Shown here one piece after another: positions 41,353 through 51,567 of a stretch of 64,000 bases of DNA. Source of the DNA: Candidatus Babeliales bacterium. GTDB taxonomy: Bacteria; Babelota; Babeliae; Babelales; JANWKD01. The notes under the pieces were generated by a model. It saw only the letters and a list, made by a program, of their open reading frames with translations, had not been told where the DNA came from and did not search any database. The position numbers and the translations under genes were made by a program. Position 1 is the first letter of the stretch. Every line of letters begins with the position of its first letter. Location of the stretch: NCBI GenBank assembly GCA_963722075.1, contig CAVRJM010000001.1:800001-864000 (forward strand), given 5' to 3'.

Positions 41353-42450
41353 TTAAGCAGCTGCCGCTGGAATTACTACCGGAACTGCTGGAGCTGCCGG
41401 AACTGCTGAAACAGCAGATAATCTATCTTCAATTAACTTAACTTGATCCGCAAGTGAAATAATTGCATCAGCACTACGCTTTTCCCCTTGCTCAAGTTCA
41501 TCAAGACGCGTATCGTATTCTGCCGTTTTAATATACACTGGCTGTTCTACATACGTAGGAACTTCTTCATATATCGGTTCAGGAGTTGCTAACGGCGCTA
41601 AGTTTTCAAAGAACCATGGATCATATACACCTAAAGCTGTTGATATTCCCCACCATGGACCAACACCTAAGCCCCAATACCACCACGGACTCAAGAATGG
41701 ATCAAATAATCCCCACCAGCCAAAGAAGCCAAATCCGCCGCCCCACCAGAAGCTATTAAAATTATTAAATCGCCCAGCGTGGCCTGCCTCATGTCCTATA
41801 TGGTTTAACCCATTAGCATGCGCTAAGCTTCCTTTAGTACCGCTGGCACCAAGCATTTCTCTCCCAGCACCGGCTTTAGCGGCAGTTGCGCCTCTTGCTG
41901 CGCCACCGCCTATACCTTTCCCCGCTCCAGCCAATCCGGCACCTGAAATTCCTCTACCTGGGCCACTTATGCCTTTACCAGCCGTAGGACCGCTTATTCC
42001 TTTACCAGTTGCTCCTGATAATTGCCCATGACCAATTTGTCCAATTCTACTACGCTGCGCTGACGTCATGCCATGCGTACCAGAAATACCTCTACCAGCC
42101 CCACCAGCTACACCTCTACCTGCAAATCCTGTTGCGCCACGGCCAGCAGCATATCCAGGCCCGCTTGAATAGGCACGACCCGCACCGCCTCGTGATACCA
42201 TTACAGTACGTCCTCCTCCAGCATAGCCACCACGGTATCCACCGCCGCGATAACCACCGTATCCACCGCCACGGTATCCGCCACCACCAAATCCACCTCC
42301 ACGGTATCCACCGCCGCCGCCTCTAAAGCCGCCGCCGCCACCATGGCCACCACCGCCATGACCGCCGCCGCCACCGCGGCTAAAAACAGTATCGGAATTG
42401 ATAAGGGCTAGAGAAAGAAGGCCTGCCCATAATAATCTTTTTTTATTCAT
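41353..42450 (-). CDS. Secreted Gly/Arg-rich low-complexity protein
   Basis: YRGGG and G(K/R)GISG repeats, Trp/Gly-rich segment, C-terminal coiled coil. Confidence 0.8.
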   Translation of the reverse strand: MNKKRLLWAGLLSLALINSDTVFSRGGGGGHGGGGHGGGGGFRGGGGGYRGGGFGGGGYRGGGYGGYRGGGYRGGYAGGGRTVMVSRGGAGRAYSSGPGYAAGRGATGFAGRGVAGGAGRGISGTHGMTSAQRSRIGQIGHGQLSGATGKGISGPTAGKGISGPGRGISGAGLAGAGKGIGGGAARGATAAKAGAGREMLGASGTKGSLAHANGLNHIGHEAGHAGRFNNFNSFWWGGGFGFFGWWGLFDPFLSPWWYWGLGVGPWWGISTALGVYDPWFFENLAPLATPEPIYEEVPTYVEQPVYIKTAEYDTRLDELEQGEKRSADAIISLADQVKLIEDRLSAVSAVPAAPAVPVVIPAAAA

Positions 42451-42689
42451 TACTATCTCCACTTTTTATACAATAAACAAGAAAGATTTTTCCTTTATAA
42501 TTATACTAAATGAATAGCAAGGTTTTCAATATTTTTATAATTTATTCATATTGAAAATTTATGGATTATCACTAGAATAATAGTGTAAATAGAGGGTGAT
42601 CTTGCTATGATTAAGGGGATTGGTTTGTTAAGTAGTAAAGGCTGCAGTAAATCTCAAAGCATTAAAAAAGCCGTTGTCGACAATTTGTA

Positions 42690-42829
42690 CAGGGCAAACG
42701 CATCAAATAATAAGTATTTAAGCCAAAAATTAAAAGGATATTAACTTTGGCCTGGATCCCCACGCCTTTGGCTCGGGACGACGATGGTTGAAAAAAAGAA
42801 CGTCGTTGCGAGCTTGCGAAGCAATCCAG
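42690..42829. repeat. REP pair with MITE-like arm homologous to 4612-4679
   Basis: cagggcaaacgcatcaaataataagtatttaagc..., ctggatccccacgcctttggctcgggacgacg (42752-42783), cgtcgttgcgagcttgcgaagcaatccag (42801-42829). Confidence 0.85.
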
Positions 42830-42926
42830 ATTAAAAATGAAATTGTATACAATTTGTACAGGTTCTATTGCATATATTTGAAATCGAATGGTAAAAAATT
42901 CATTCAATCAAGCTTAATTACTATCA

Positions 42927-43538
42927 ATGTCATACATAAAAAATCATAATGGTTATACACTCATGCAAAAACATGTAGGAATTTTATTAAGAAAATATAC
43001 GCAAACAAAAGAGAAAAGTTCTATTTTTGATGCATACATAGGTCGCCTTGAAGCAATTATACAAAGCCCCCATGTGCATTTATTACATCACGGAACGGTT
43101 TTTTCTTATTACCCTACCCCAAAATATAATAATATATATCTTCTTACTGAAATTGAGATTATTCATACACCCTTTCATTTAGCACGAGAAAATATTAATT
43201 TTTTGCATCACCTGCTTGAATTGTGTTACTACTTTTTACCGCTCCATAGCGAACATGCTGCTGTATTTGAATTAGTGGAAAAAACACTATCACGTCCTAT
43301 AGAAAATAAATTACTACTGTTGTTTCGATTTTTTACTTTAGTAGGTTTTTATCCTGAAAATGTACCTTTTGAGAAAAGTTATTTTCTTCGTTTACTTTCT
43401 TATCCACTTGAAACTATACTAAAAGAAAAACTTGACGATGAGCAGCTTAAGATGCTTGAATCTTGGTTATTACAATGTGTAGAGCTGCATCCGGAAAAAA
43501 AACGTTTTAAAACTATTTATATAGATAAAAAAATATGA
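42927..43538 (+). CDS. recO: Probable DNA repair protein RecO (divergent)
   Basis: GILLRK...IFDAYIGRLEAI N-terminal OB-fold-like pattern and LLELCYYFLP helical part; similarity is weak. Confidence 0.5.
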   Translation: MSYIKNHNGYTLMQKHVGILLRKYTQTKEKSSIFDAYIGRLEAIIQSPHVHLLHHGTVFSYYPTPKYNNIYLLTEIEIIHTPFHLARENINFLHHLLELCYYFLPLHSEHAAVFELVEKTLSRPIENKLLLLFRFFTLVGFYPENVPFEKSYFLRLLSYPLETILKEKLDDEQLKMLESWLLQCVELHPEKKRFKTIYIDKKI

Positions 43539-46500
43539 ACGCTTATAAAAATATAATTACCTTTTTTCTCCTGCTGATAGCAAGCTTTTATTGCAATGCA
43601 GGACTTCTTGATTATTTTACCACCAGCGCACCATCAGAAAATCAACAAGCAAAGATTCGATTGCCGCTGGGCATTAATGAAAGAAAAAATCAACTAGAGC
43701 ATCTGAAATTAGAATTAAAAGAGTTACATGCCACTGCCAAAGATTTTGCTCACACAATACAACTAAATCTGGATCAAACATCCAATGAAATTAAAGAAAC
43801 AAAAGCAAAATTAGCTCAAGCTTCAGCAAAAGATGTTTCATTTTTAAATAAAGTATTATCAATATTAAATGAAACCTATCAAACACTCTTTAATTTACAA
43901 TTTTATCGCAAAGAACTTGTATCTATTATTGAACAACATACTGCTCTTCTAGAAAATTTCTTAAAAGATCCCGATTTCAAGTCATTACATTTAAAAGAAC
44001 AATCTTTTTATACCTTTGATGATTTGCAAGAATTTAATAAAAAAGTTGCTATACAGGAAACAAAAATTAATCACTTAACTGAACAAAAGAATGACGGGAT
44101 TATTGCACTTGAAAATGCAAAGAGAAAATTAATCACTATCAGTAAAGATTATGAAGATAAAAAGAAAAAACAGGCAGAATTTAATGTTAAAACACAAACC
44201 CCAGCCGATGGGCAAGCTTCAGCTGAATTTGATTTTAAAGAATTAGGAAGAATAACTGATCTTGAAAAAAACTTAGCTTTATTTGAAAAACAACTTACTG
44301 AATTAAAGATACAAGAATTAACCAAAAAAAATGCTTTCTTAGAAACTTCTATTGCACTTGAAAATGATAAATTAAAAATTATTAAATCAAATGTAGCCCA
44401 CATTAAAGATGCATTGCGTATAGAACCAAAAGATCTTCAAAAGACTAAAGAAAGGCTAGAAACTGATAAAAAAGAATCGCTTGCATTACGCGATACTTAT
44501 TATTCTACTATTAAAGAGCTTTCATCCCAGCGCGAAAATGCTTTAAAAGAACTAGAGCAATTAAAAAAACGATATAACGTCACTGATATAACCGCTATAG
44601 GTGCTACCGATTGGAGCGTTGTACCACATACCAGTCAAGAATGGGTACGATTATGCGAACTAGGATTGAAAGATAATCAAAGCGCGATGCTTGAAAGTAA
44701 AATAGACACCTTGCGCGCTACCATTGATCTAGAAATAAGTAAATTTAAACGCAAAGAAATCGATGTAGAAATCTTCAATACTTGGTATAAAATTACGCGG
44801 CGTCAGTTTAAATCAAATGAAGAAATTTTAAGCACGCTCAAGCATTATCAATCATTATTGGCCGAGCTTACTCGTGAAGAAAATTCAATAAAAGACAAAC
44901 GAAATAGCCTCACCAATCTTATTAATATTCGTAATAAAAACCTGGTGAATCTTAAAACATTAATAGATGAGCTAAAAAAACAACAAAGTACCATCTTCAA
45001 AACAGCAGAAGGGAGATTTAACACTTGTTTAAGCAAGCTTAATCAAACAGAAAAAATCATTGAAGAACAATTAGAAAACAATAATCAGCTCTTAAAATAT
45101 GATAGTGACCTTATAACCCTTATTAGTAACACTATTCAAGGGCTTCATAGCATCATTAATGAGCTTGAAACTAAGAGTATTTGGCAACGTTCAGAATATG
45201 CCATATCCCTCAATGGTATAAACAATATCGGCTCTGATTTAAAATATTTTACTAAAGACATACAAAAGCTTGGGTCTCATTTCTTTTCAAACATCTATGT
45301 CACCATACGGTCTTTATTAAACCAAATTATTTATCATCCCTTTAATTTTATTATTTTTATTTTAAAAGTTCTTTTAATTATTCTCTGTTACCGCTTTTTA
45401 AGAAAACGTTTATATAAATTCATTGCTTATATCAGAAATAAAAAAACTGAAAGCACGAGTATTTTTGTTTTTATAAAAACATTAGAAGTGGTCACCTCTT
45501 TCATCGCACAATACTTTTTAAGAATATACACATGGATGGTTCTTTTTGCGCTTATATATTTTGATTATATTTCTGATAGCTTTTTAAAAGTACTCTTCTA
45601 TTTAGGTTCTATTATTTTTTTCTGCTATATTACCTATCGCTTTATCCAATACGTTATCAAATTTAATAAAGATAATAATTTCATATTTTTTAGCCCCCCA
45701 TTTCAAAAACGTTTTGTATTTGTTTTTGGACTTTTTGCTTATGTAAATATTATTTTATTGCTTTTTAGAGAAGGATATATTGCTGCTACCTATCATGCTT
45801 CAGAATTTCCAATTATACTTCTTGCGCTTTATTCAGTTCTTATTAGAACACTTATTATTTTTTCCATCGGCAAAGAGGAAATATTAAACCTCATTCCAAA
45901 CAGAGGTGCTGGCTGGAAAGCCGTTGCTGAATTTATAGATCGTTATTATTACCTATTATTAAGTATTATTATCGTCTTGATGATTATCAGTGATCCGTAT
46001 ATTGGCGGCTATGGCAACCTCGTTTCCTTCGTATTATGGGGCACCATTGGTACCATACTGCTCATAAAAGTTCTGTTATTTATTCAAGATTATATCAAAG
46101 TAAAATCTTCCGTACTCTTTTTTAAAACCGATGAAGAAACGGTTAAAGAACGATTTATGTATGCCAAAACCTGGTACGGGTTATTTGTCGTTGCGCTCTT
46201 TATCATTTTTGTTTTTCTGGGGATTTTATTAAGCTTCAAAATTTGGGGCAAAACATTCACGCTTAAAGATTTTAGTTCAATTCTTAATTATGGATTATTT
46301 AGTACCGGCTTAGATATCACCACCGGACAACATATTTGGCTTACTCCATTTAAAATTTTAGTTATCTTAGGATTTATATGTGCAGGATTCTTACTTGCCT
46401 TTATGATCAATCGTTTTGTATTACATCGTATTTTTCAATTGTTACCAGTTGATATCGGCATTCAAAATACTGTTTCTAGTTTAACGCGCTATTTAATTAT

Positions 46501-47152
46501 TGTGGCAGCGATTTTTTTAGGGTTTAATTGGGCAAACTTAGGGAACTTATTATTTGTTATCGGTGTAGTAATAGGTAGTATTGGGTATATCGTTAAAGAA
46601 CCAATTGCTGACTTTATTTCTTATTTTATCATTTTAGTACAACGGCCACTTAAAATTGGTGATCTCATTAAAATTAATGATACGTTAGGCTTTGTACGTC
46701 ATATCACCCCGCGTTCAGTAATCTTAAGAACAAAGAATAGTTATACCGTTATCATGCCCAATGCTATGATTATTAATCAGCCAGTTATTAACTGGAACTA
46801 TTCTCGTGGTTTTATTGCATTTGACGATATTTCATTCACTATCCCCTACAGCATTGATCCGCTTAGAGTAAAACAGATCATCGCTGAAGTATTAGATGCT
46901 AATACTGATATTCTCAAAAGCCCTAAACCAATTATTCGGCTTGAGAATTTTGGAGAAAATGGGTATGAATTTATGCTTCGTGGATTTTTAAGTAGCAATA
47001 AAACACTGGAAATTTGGGATATTGCCAGCGAAATACGTTTTGCATTGGTACAAGCGCTGCAAAAACATAATATTAGCATTGCCGTACCAACGCGCGTGAT
47101 ATTCACTAAGCCACATAAAGCATTAGAAGCAGAACCAATTAAAGAGTTGTGA
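43535..47152 (+). CDS. Large MscS-family mechanosensitive channel (MscK-like)
   Basis: Long periplasmic coiled coil, many TM segments, IADFISYFIILVQRPLKIGDLI, IMPNA. Confidence 0.9.
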   Translation: MNAYKNIITFFLLLIASFYCNAGLLDYFTTSAPSENQQAKIRLPLGINERKNQLEHLKLELKELHATAKDFAHTIQLNLDQTSNEIKETKAKLAQASAKDVSFLNKVLSILNETYQTLFNLQFYRKELVSIIEQHTALLENFLKDPDFKSLHLKEQSFYTFDDLQEFNKKVAIQETKINHLTEQKNDGIIALENAKRKLITISKDYEDKKKKQAEFNVKTQTPADGQASAEFDFKELGRITDLEKNLALFEKQLTELKIQELTKKNAFLETSIALENDKLKIIKSNVAHIKDALRIEPKDLQKTKERLETDKKESLALRDTYYSTIKELSSQRENALKELEQLKKRYNVTDITAIGATDWSVVPHTSQEWVRLCELGLKDNQSAMLESKIDTLRATIDLEISKFKRKEIDVEIFNTWYKITRRQFKSNEEILSTLKHYQSLLAELTREENSIKDKRNSLTNLINIRNKNLVNLKTLIDELKKQQSTIFKTAEGRFNTCLSKLNQTEKIIEEQLENNNQLLKYDSDLITLISNTIQGLHSIINELETKSIWQRSEYAISLNGINNIGSDLKYFTKDIQKLGSHFFSNIYVTIRSLLNQIIYHPFNFIIFILKVLLIILCYRFLRKRLYKFIAYIRNKKTESTSIFVFIKTLEVVTSFIAQYFLRIYTWMVLFALIYFDYISDSFLKVLFYLGSIIFFCYITYRFIQYVIKFNKDNNFIFFSPPFQKRFVFVFGLFAYVNIILLLFREGYIAATYHASEFPIILLALYSVLIRTLIIFSIGKEEILNLIPNRGAGWKAVAEFIDRYYYLLLSIIIVLMIISDPYIGGYGNLVSFVLWGTIGTILLIKVLLFIQDYIKVKSSVLFFKTDEETVKERFMYAKTWYGLFVVALFIIFVFLGILLSFKIWGKTFTLKDFSSILNYGLFSTGLDITTGQHIWLTPFKILVILGFICAGFLLAFMINRFVLHRIFQLLPVDIGIQNTVSSLTRYLIIVAAIFLGFNWANLGNLLFVIGVVIGSIGYIVKEPIADFISYFIILVQRPLKIGDLIKINDTLGFVRHITPRSVILRTKNSYTVIMPNAMIINQPVINWNYSRGFIAFDDISFTIPYSIDPLRVKQIIAEVLDANTDILKSPKPIIRLENFGENGYEFMLRGFLSSNKTLEIWDIASEIRFALVQALQKHNISIAVPTRVIFTKPHKALEAEPIKEL

Positions 47153-47155
47153 GAG

Positions 47156-47374
47156 TTATTTTTGTACTTTGGAAATTAAGCGGCGAATATATTCAAAACC
47201 GCCGATTTTTACAAAGCCATATACAATTAATCCTACGGCACCAAGAATAACTAACGTATTAAGCCAGCGTTCAAAAAAATTAAAAGCATACATTAAAATA
47301 AGCACGCCAACCACCATGTATACGATAGCTTTTTGGTCTTCAGTTAAATGAAATTTTTTTATCATAACAATCAT
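47156..47374 (-). CDS. Small two-TM membrane protein
   Basis: Two hydrophobic helices. Confidence 0.6.
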   Translation of the reverse strand: MIVMIKKFHLTEDQKAIVYMVVGVLILMYAFNFFERWLNTLVILGAVGLIVYGFVKIGGFEYIRRLISKVQK

Positions 47375-47494
47375 CCTTTTTTTTTATTCATCTGGACAAA
47401 AATATACAGATTCTTTTATTAGCTTTGCAATATTCTTTTATTTTTTTTAATTAACAAGAACCTGCCCTGCAGGTGAAGTCATTTTGAATTCAAT

Positions 47495-48043
47495 CTAATT
47501 ATTAGATAAAAAGCCATGAATAGGCCATGGATTTGAAAAATCTAGATGGTAATCAACTAATGGCTTATGATGCACCAATAACTGTATCCATTGAATTTTT
47601 ACCCCATTATCGCGAATTGTTTTAAATAATCCCTCAGTCCACAGTAATTTTTCATAGGTGCTTTGCTTTTTATCAAAGGGATTGCGGTCAAACGAGATAA
47701 AAATTTCTTGCCCACACGCGGATAAAACAACTGCTTGAATTGAAACTTTTTTCTCCATTACTTTTTCTTCATCAAGAACAATAAGCCAACTAGAAATAAG
47801 TTGTTTAACATTTTCTGCCGTATCAGAAGACCATAATAATTCATCTTCTTCACTATTCCAATGATCATGCTTCCAAAAGATTTTTTTTATGGTTTTTTTA
47901 ATAATACCCTGATTATTTTCTCGAGTATTTACTTGCTTTTTAGCTGGTAAACAAATAATAACCCATTGTTGGTTATACGAAAAATATATAAAGGCAATCA
48001 TACTTGAAAGAATGCATAATAAAATATAATGCCATCTGATCAT
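47495..48043 (-). CDS. Hypothetical membrane-anchored protein (possibly GerMN-like)
   Basis: N-terminal TM; overlaps the amidase stop codon. Confidence 0.6.
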   Translation of the reverse strand: MIRWHYILLCILSSMIAFIYFSYNQQWVIICLPAKKQVNTRENNQGIIKKTIKKIFWKHDHWNSEEDELLWSSDTAENVKQLISSWLIVLDEEKVMEKKVSIQAVVLSACGQEIFISFDRNPFDKKQSTYEKLLWTEGLFKTIRDNGVKIQWIQLLVHHKPLVDYHLDFSNPWPIHGFLSNN

Positions 48044-48711
48044 ATATTTTTAAGATAATTAAGTATGTTAATAATGCTATTTTTTAGCGGTATTAGATAA
48101 TGCTTATAATGATCTTTTTTGGGTAAGCTCAATTCAAGAGCAACCGCCGGGCTCGAAATCCCAATTAACGGTTTAAAGGGAATTCCTAAAATACCTTTTA
48201 CTTCCAGTAGTGGATTATATTGTTTTTCATCAAGCCCTGTTTTTATGATTTCGGCACATTTTTTAGCAGTTTTCACTTGCTGTATATGCGCTTTATCATA
48301 ATATTGAAGATGAAGATTGTTTGTTTTTTGCTGCCATTCATCAGTGCTATTAGATAAAAAATAAAATAAATGGCATTGAGATTTTATATCCGATTCTTGA
48401 TAACAATGAATACTTATATAAAAATCAACTTCTAATCGATTAGCAAAATGAGCATTTTGCAATGGTTCTAGAAATTCACCGGGAAAGCGCGTTAAAATAA
48501 CACGGACATTAAGCTGTTCTTGCTCAATAAGCTGCTTCAATTTTTCTGCAACTTGTAAGGTAACGCCACGTTCAAAAGAATCCTCAATAATTCTACCGGC
48601 ATGCTTTGCATCGCCAGCAGGATCAATCATAACGGTAAGTATGTTATTATGGGCTTTTATGCATACACTATTTAGTAAAAATAGAAGGACTATTAATTTA
48701 ATTAACGGCAT
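48040..48711 (-). CDS. N-acetylmuramoyl-L-alanine amidase (Amidase_3), divergent
   Basis: VMIDPAG, ERGVTLQVA, VILTR, FYISIH, PAVALEL; start MPLIKL at 48711. Confidence 0.8.
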   Translation of the reverse strand: MPLIKLIVLLFLLNSVCIKAHNNILTVMIDPAGDAKHAGRIIEDSFERGVTLQVAEKLKQLIEQEQLNVRVILTRFPGEFLEPLQNAHFANRLEVDFYISIHCYQESDIKSQCHLFYFLSNSTDEWQQKTNNLHLQYYDKAHIQQVKTAKKCAEIIKTGLDEKQYNPLLEVKGILGIPFKPLIGISSPAVALELSLPKKDHYKHYLIPLKNSIINILNYLKNI

Positions 48712-50885
48712 TGTAAATCCGAAGTTAAGTATTCTTTTAAGAAGGTAATTCGCTTGACTGATTTGTTGTTTTTTATTCCTAATGCAACTGCTTTTGGTTG
48801 CCCAATAAAAATACATAATTTTTTTGCGCGCGTTATAGCGGTATATAATAGATTCCTTTGTAATAACATAAAATGTTGCATGAATAAGGGGACAATAACA
48901 CACGCATATTCTGATCCTTGGCTTTTATGAATCGATAATGCATATGCTAACACCAGCTCATTTAATTCATCAAATTCATATTCTACTATTCTATCCAAAA
49001 AAGTGATGACCATGGTACGATCTTCCAGATTGATATCTTCGATAAAGCCCGTATCGCCATTAAACACTGCTTTATCATAATTATTACGAATCTGCATAAC
49101 TTTATCCCCTACCTTAAATAAGGTACCTCCCCATTGTATCGATTTTTGTGCTATTGCTCCATTTAATAATGTTTGCAAATCTTGATTTAATTTTATGGTT
49201 CCTGCAATTCCCCGATTCATAGGAACTAAAACAGCAGTATCATCAATTTTTATCGAGAAATTTTTTAAGGTATGATTAAATATTTTATCCAGATGATTAA
49301 TGACCAATGAAGGATCTTCTTCTTTTATAAAAAAATAATCTTTACGGCTCCCTTCCATAAAGCCTACGGGAAATTCACCGCTATTGATACGATGGGCATT
49401 TAATATAATCAAACTATCTTGCGCTTGCCGAAAAATATGAGTAAGTCGAATAACCGGAATTATGCCGCTTGCCATCATATCATTAAGAAAATTACCAGGA
49501 CCTACCGAAGGAAGCTGATCACAATCGCCAATAAAAATAAGATGCGTATGCTGTGGAATTGCCTTTAAAAGTGCATATCCCAAAAATGCATCAATCATTG
49601 ATGATTCATCGATAATTAAAAAATCTAAAGAAAGCGCATTTTGTTCATTATGCACAAAATTCATAGTTCCGGGGTCAAATTCCAAAAGGCGATGTATCGT
49701 AACGGCCTGTTTACCGGTACCTTCTATAATTCGTTTTGCGGCTCTGCCGGTGGGTGCAGCCAATTTAAAAGAGCAACCGTTTCCTGCTAAAATAGAAATT
49801 AATTGTTTAATTAAGGTTGTCTTACCCGTACCGGGGCCACCCGTAATAATCGTAATTTTATGTTGCAAACAGTTCATGATACCATGAATCTGATCTTCAT
49901 TAAGCGCAATAGAGTTGCCGGAATTCATACACAGCTGCTTATATAAAGCAGTTAAATCAAATTGATGCTTTGATGACGCTGCCAACAGCTTTTTTATTTT
50001 TTGTGCAATGCCTTTTTCAATGTAATAATATTGGCTAACGGTGAGATAATGCTGCTGATCGATTGAAATTAATTTTATTTTTTCCTGTTGATATAGTTCC
50101 TGTAAAGCATTTCTCAGTAAGGGTAATGCATGTTGCTGATCTAATTGCAATAGCTGTATAGTATCTTGTTTTAATTGATCTACTAAACAGTATAAATGTC
50201 CATTAGTTGATGCCTCGGTAATAACAAACAGTAACGCAGATTTCAATCGCTTAATAGAATCTACCGCTATTCCTAATTTAAGTGCAATTTGATCGGCGGT
50301 TTTAAAACCAATACCCCAAATATCTTCTGATAATCGATAGGGATTTTCGGTAACCAGAGCGATCGATGCTTTTCCATATTTTTTATATATTTTTAAGGCA
50401 TGGCTAGTACCAACCCCTTTTTCTTGTAAAAAAACCATAAGATGAGAAATTTCTTTTTGATCTTGCCAGGCTACAATAATTTGTTCAACTCGCCGTTGCC
50501 CAATGCCATCAACCTCTTGTAAACGCGCTGGCTCTTTATCAATAATTTCAAGAACCTGGGTTCCAAAATGATCAACAAGCTTTTGTGCATATACTTTACC
50601 GACCCCTTTAATAAGGCCTGACCCTAAATATTTTTTGAGACCCTCAATAGTTTCTGGCATCAAAGTACTACTATGTTCGATAGCAAACTGCCTTCCAAAG
50701 GAGGCATGCATCACCCATGCTCCTTTAAGGCAGATCCGTTGCCCTGGCTGAATACCGGCAACATAGCCTTTAGCTACTATTGAATTTTTATAGGCAATGG
50801 TTAAAGAAATAATTGCAAAGCCATTTTCTTCATTTTTGAAAAGAATTTTATCAACCGTACCAACTATTTCTTCTACGTTATTCAT
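48702..50885 (-). CDS. recD2: ATP-dependent RecD-like DNA helicase
   Basis: YLGSGLIKGVG, ENPYRL, GGPGTGKT, APTGRAAKR, SIHKSQGSE, LYTAITRA. Confidence 0.95.
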   Translation of the reverse strand: MNNVEEIVGTVDKILFKNEENGFAIISLTIAYKNSIVAKGYVAGIQPGQRICLKGAWVMHASFGRQFAIEHSSTLMPETIEGLKKYLGSGLIKGVGKVYAQKLVDHFGTQVLEIIDKEPARLQEVDGIGQRRVEQIIVAWQDQKEISHLMVFLQEKGVGTSHALKIYKKYGKASIALVTENPYRLSEDIWGIGFKTADQIALKLGIAVDSIKRLKSALLFVITEASTNGHLYCLVDQLKQDTIQLLQLDQQHALPLLRNALQELYQQEKIKLISIDQQHYLTVSQYYYIEKGIAQKIKKLLAASSKHQFDLTALYKQLCMNSGNSIALNEDQIHGIMNCLQHKITIITGGPGTGKTTLIKQLISILAGNGCSFKLAAPTGRAAKRIIEGTGKQAVTIHRLLEFDPGTMNFVHNEQNALSLDFLIIDESSMIDAFLGYALLKAIPQHTHLIFIGDCDQLPSVGPGNFLNDMMASGIIPVIRLTHIFRQAQDSLIILNAHRINSGEFPVGFMEGSRKDYFFIKEEDPSLVINHLDKIFNHTLKNFSIKIDDTAVLVPMNRGIAGTIKLNQDLQTLLNGAIAQKSIQWGGTLFKVGDKVMQIRNNYDKAVFNGDTGFIEDINLEDRTMVITFLDRIVEYEFDELNELVLAYALSIHKSQGSEYACVIVPLFMQHFMLLQRNLLYTAITRAKKLCIFIGQPKAVALGIKNNKSVKRITFLKEYLTSDLQCR

Positions 50886-50941
50886 GCACACTCAATAATT
50901 CGATTTTATTTTCGACGATTTTTACTTCTTAGGTCAAGCCC

Positions 50942-51101
50942 GTCATCCCGAGCTTGCGTGGGGATCCAGTAGATAAATAAAAAGTCTTTATATTTTATAA
51001 CTGGATTCTTATCCATCTTCGTTAAAACTTCGCCGGACAAGCGATCTATTTATGACGTAATCCGGCGTAGCCGTGGCGAAGTCGGACGATCTCAGAATGA
51101 C
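50942..51101. repeat. REP pair like 37573-37665 but with a 77-bp level-2 insert
   Basis: gtcatcccgagcttgcgtggggatccag, near-identical spacer, ctggattctt[51011-51087]gatctcagaatgac. Confidence 0.88.
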
Positions 51102-51236
51102 ATGTTTAGAACCTTAAATGAAATTCACGTTCAAAGTATTGTTTTAAGATACCATATATTTTTAAACTATACAGCGAACAGCATTAATTATTTTATGTTT
51201 TTTTCTATATGAATTAAATCAAGAAGGAAAAATAAA

Positions 51237-51563
51237 ATGCTCGCTAAAAAATATTCATTCTGTTTGATTTTAATAATCTATCGCCTATTTCCTATGGGGC
51301 AAGCTCCATATCACAATATCTATAGTAATACTGCCGTTCCACTCTCTTACCCCCACCATCAACAAACCTATCAAGCAGGACAACCATCACCGCGAACGCC
51401 ACGCCAATTATTATATCGCGAAAATGAAGACGTAAGCCGTCCACTCAGTTGTAAAGAGCTTATGCTGCTTCTTTACCAACAAACACGCTATAATTGCTGC
51501 GAGTGTCTTAACTGTCTTTTTTGTTGCTGTTTCCCTGAACGCGATTATGATGATGTTGAATAA
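51237..51563 (+). CDS. Small secreted Pro/Gln/Tyr-rich protein with Cys-rich C-terminus (CYSTM-like)
   Basis: Signal-MGQAPY...CCECLNCLFCCCFP. Confidence 0.65.
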   Translation: MLAKKYSFCLILIIYRLFPMGQAPYHNIYSNTAVPLSYPHHQQTYQAGQPSPRTPRQLLYRENEDVSRPLSCKELMLLLYQQTRYNCCECLNCLFCCCFPERDYDDVE

Positions 51564-51567
51564 CGTG

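Noticed and set aside
42200..42380. GC-rich ccaccgccg runs as a DNA-level repeat or foreign island
   Set aside because: Explained by glycine codons of the low-complexity protein.
42662..42907. 81-aa ORF
   Set aside because: Spans the REP/MITE element; no coding hallmarks.
48712..48903. N-terminal extension of the amidase ORF
   Set aside because: Overlaps recD2; the start at 48711 gives a proper signal peptide.
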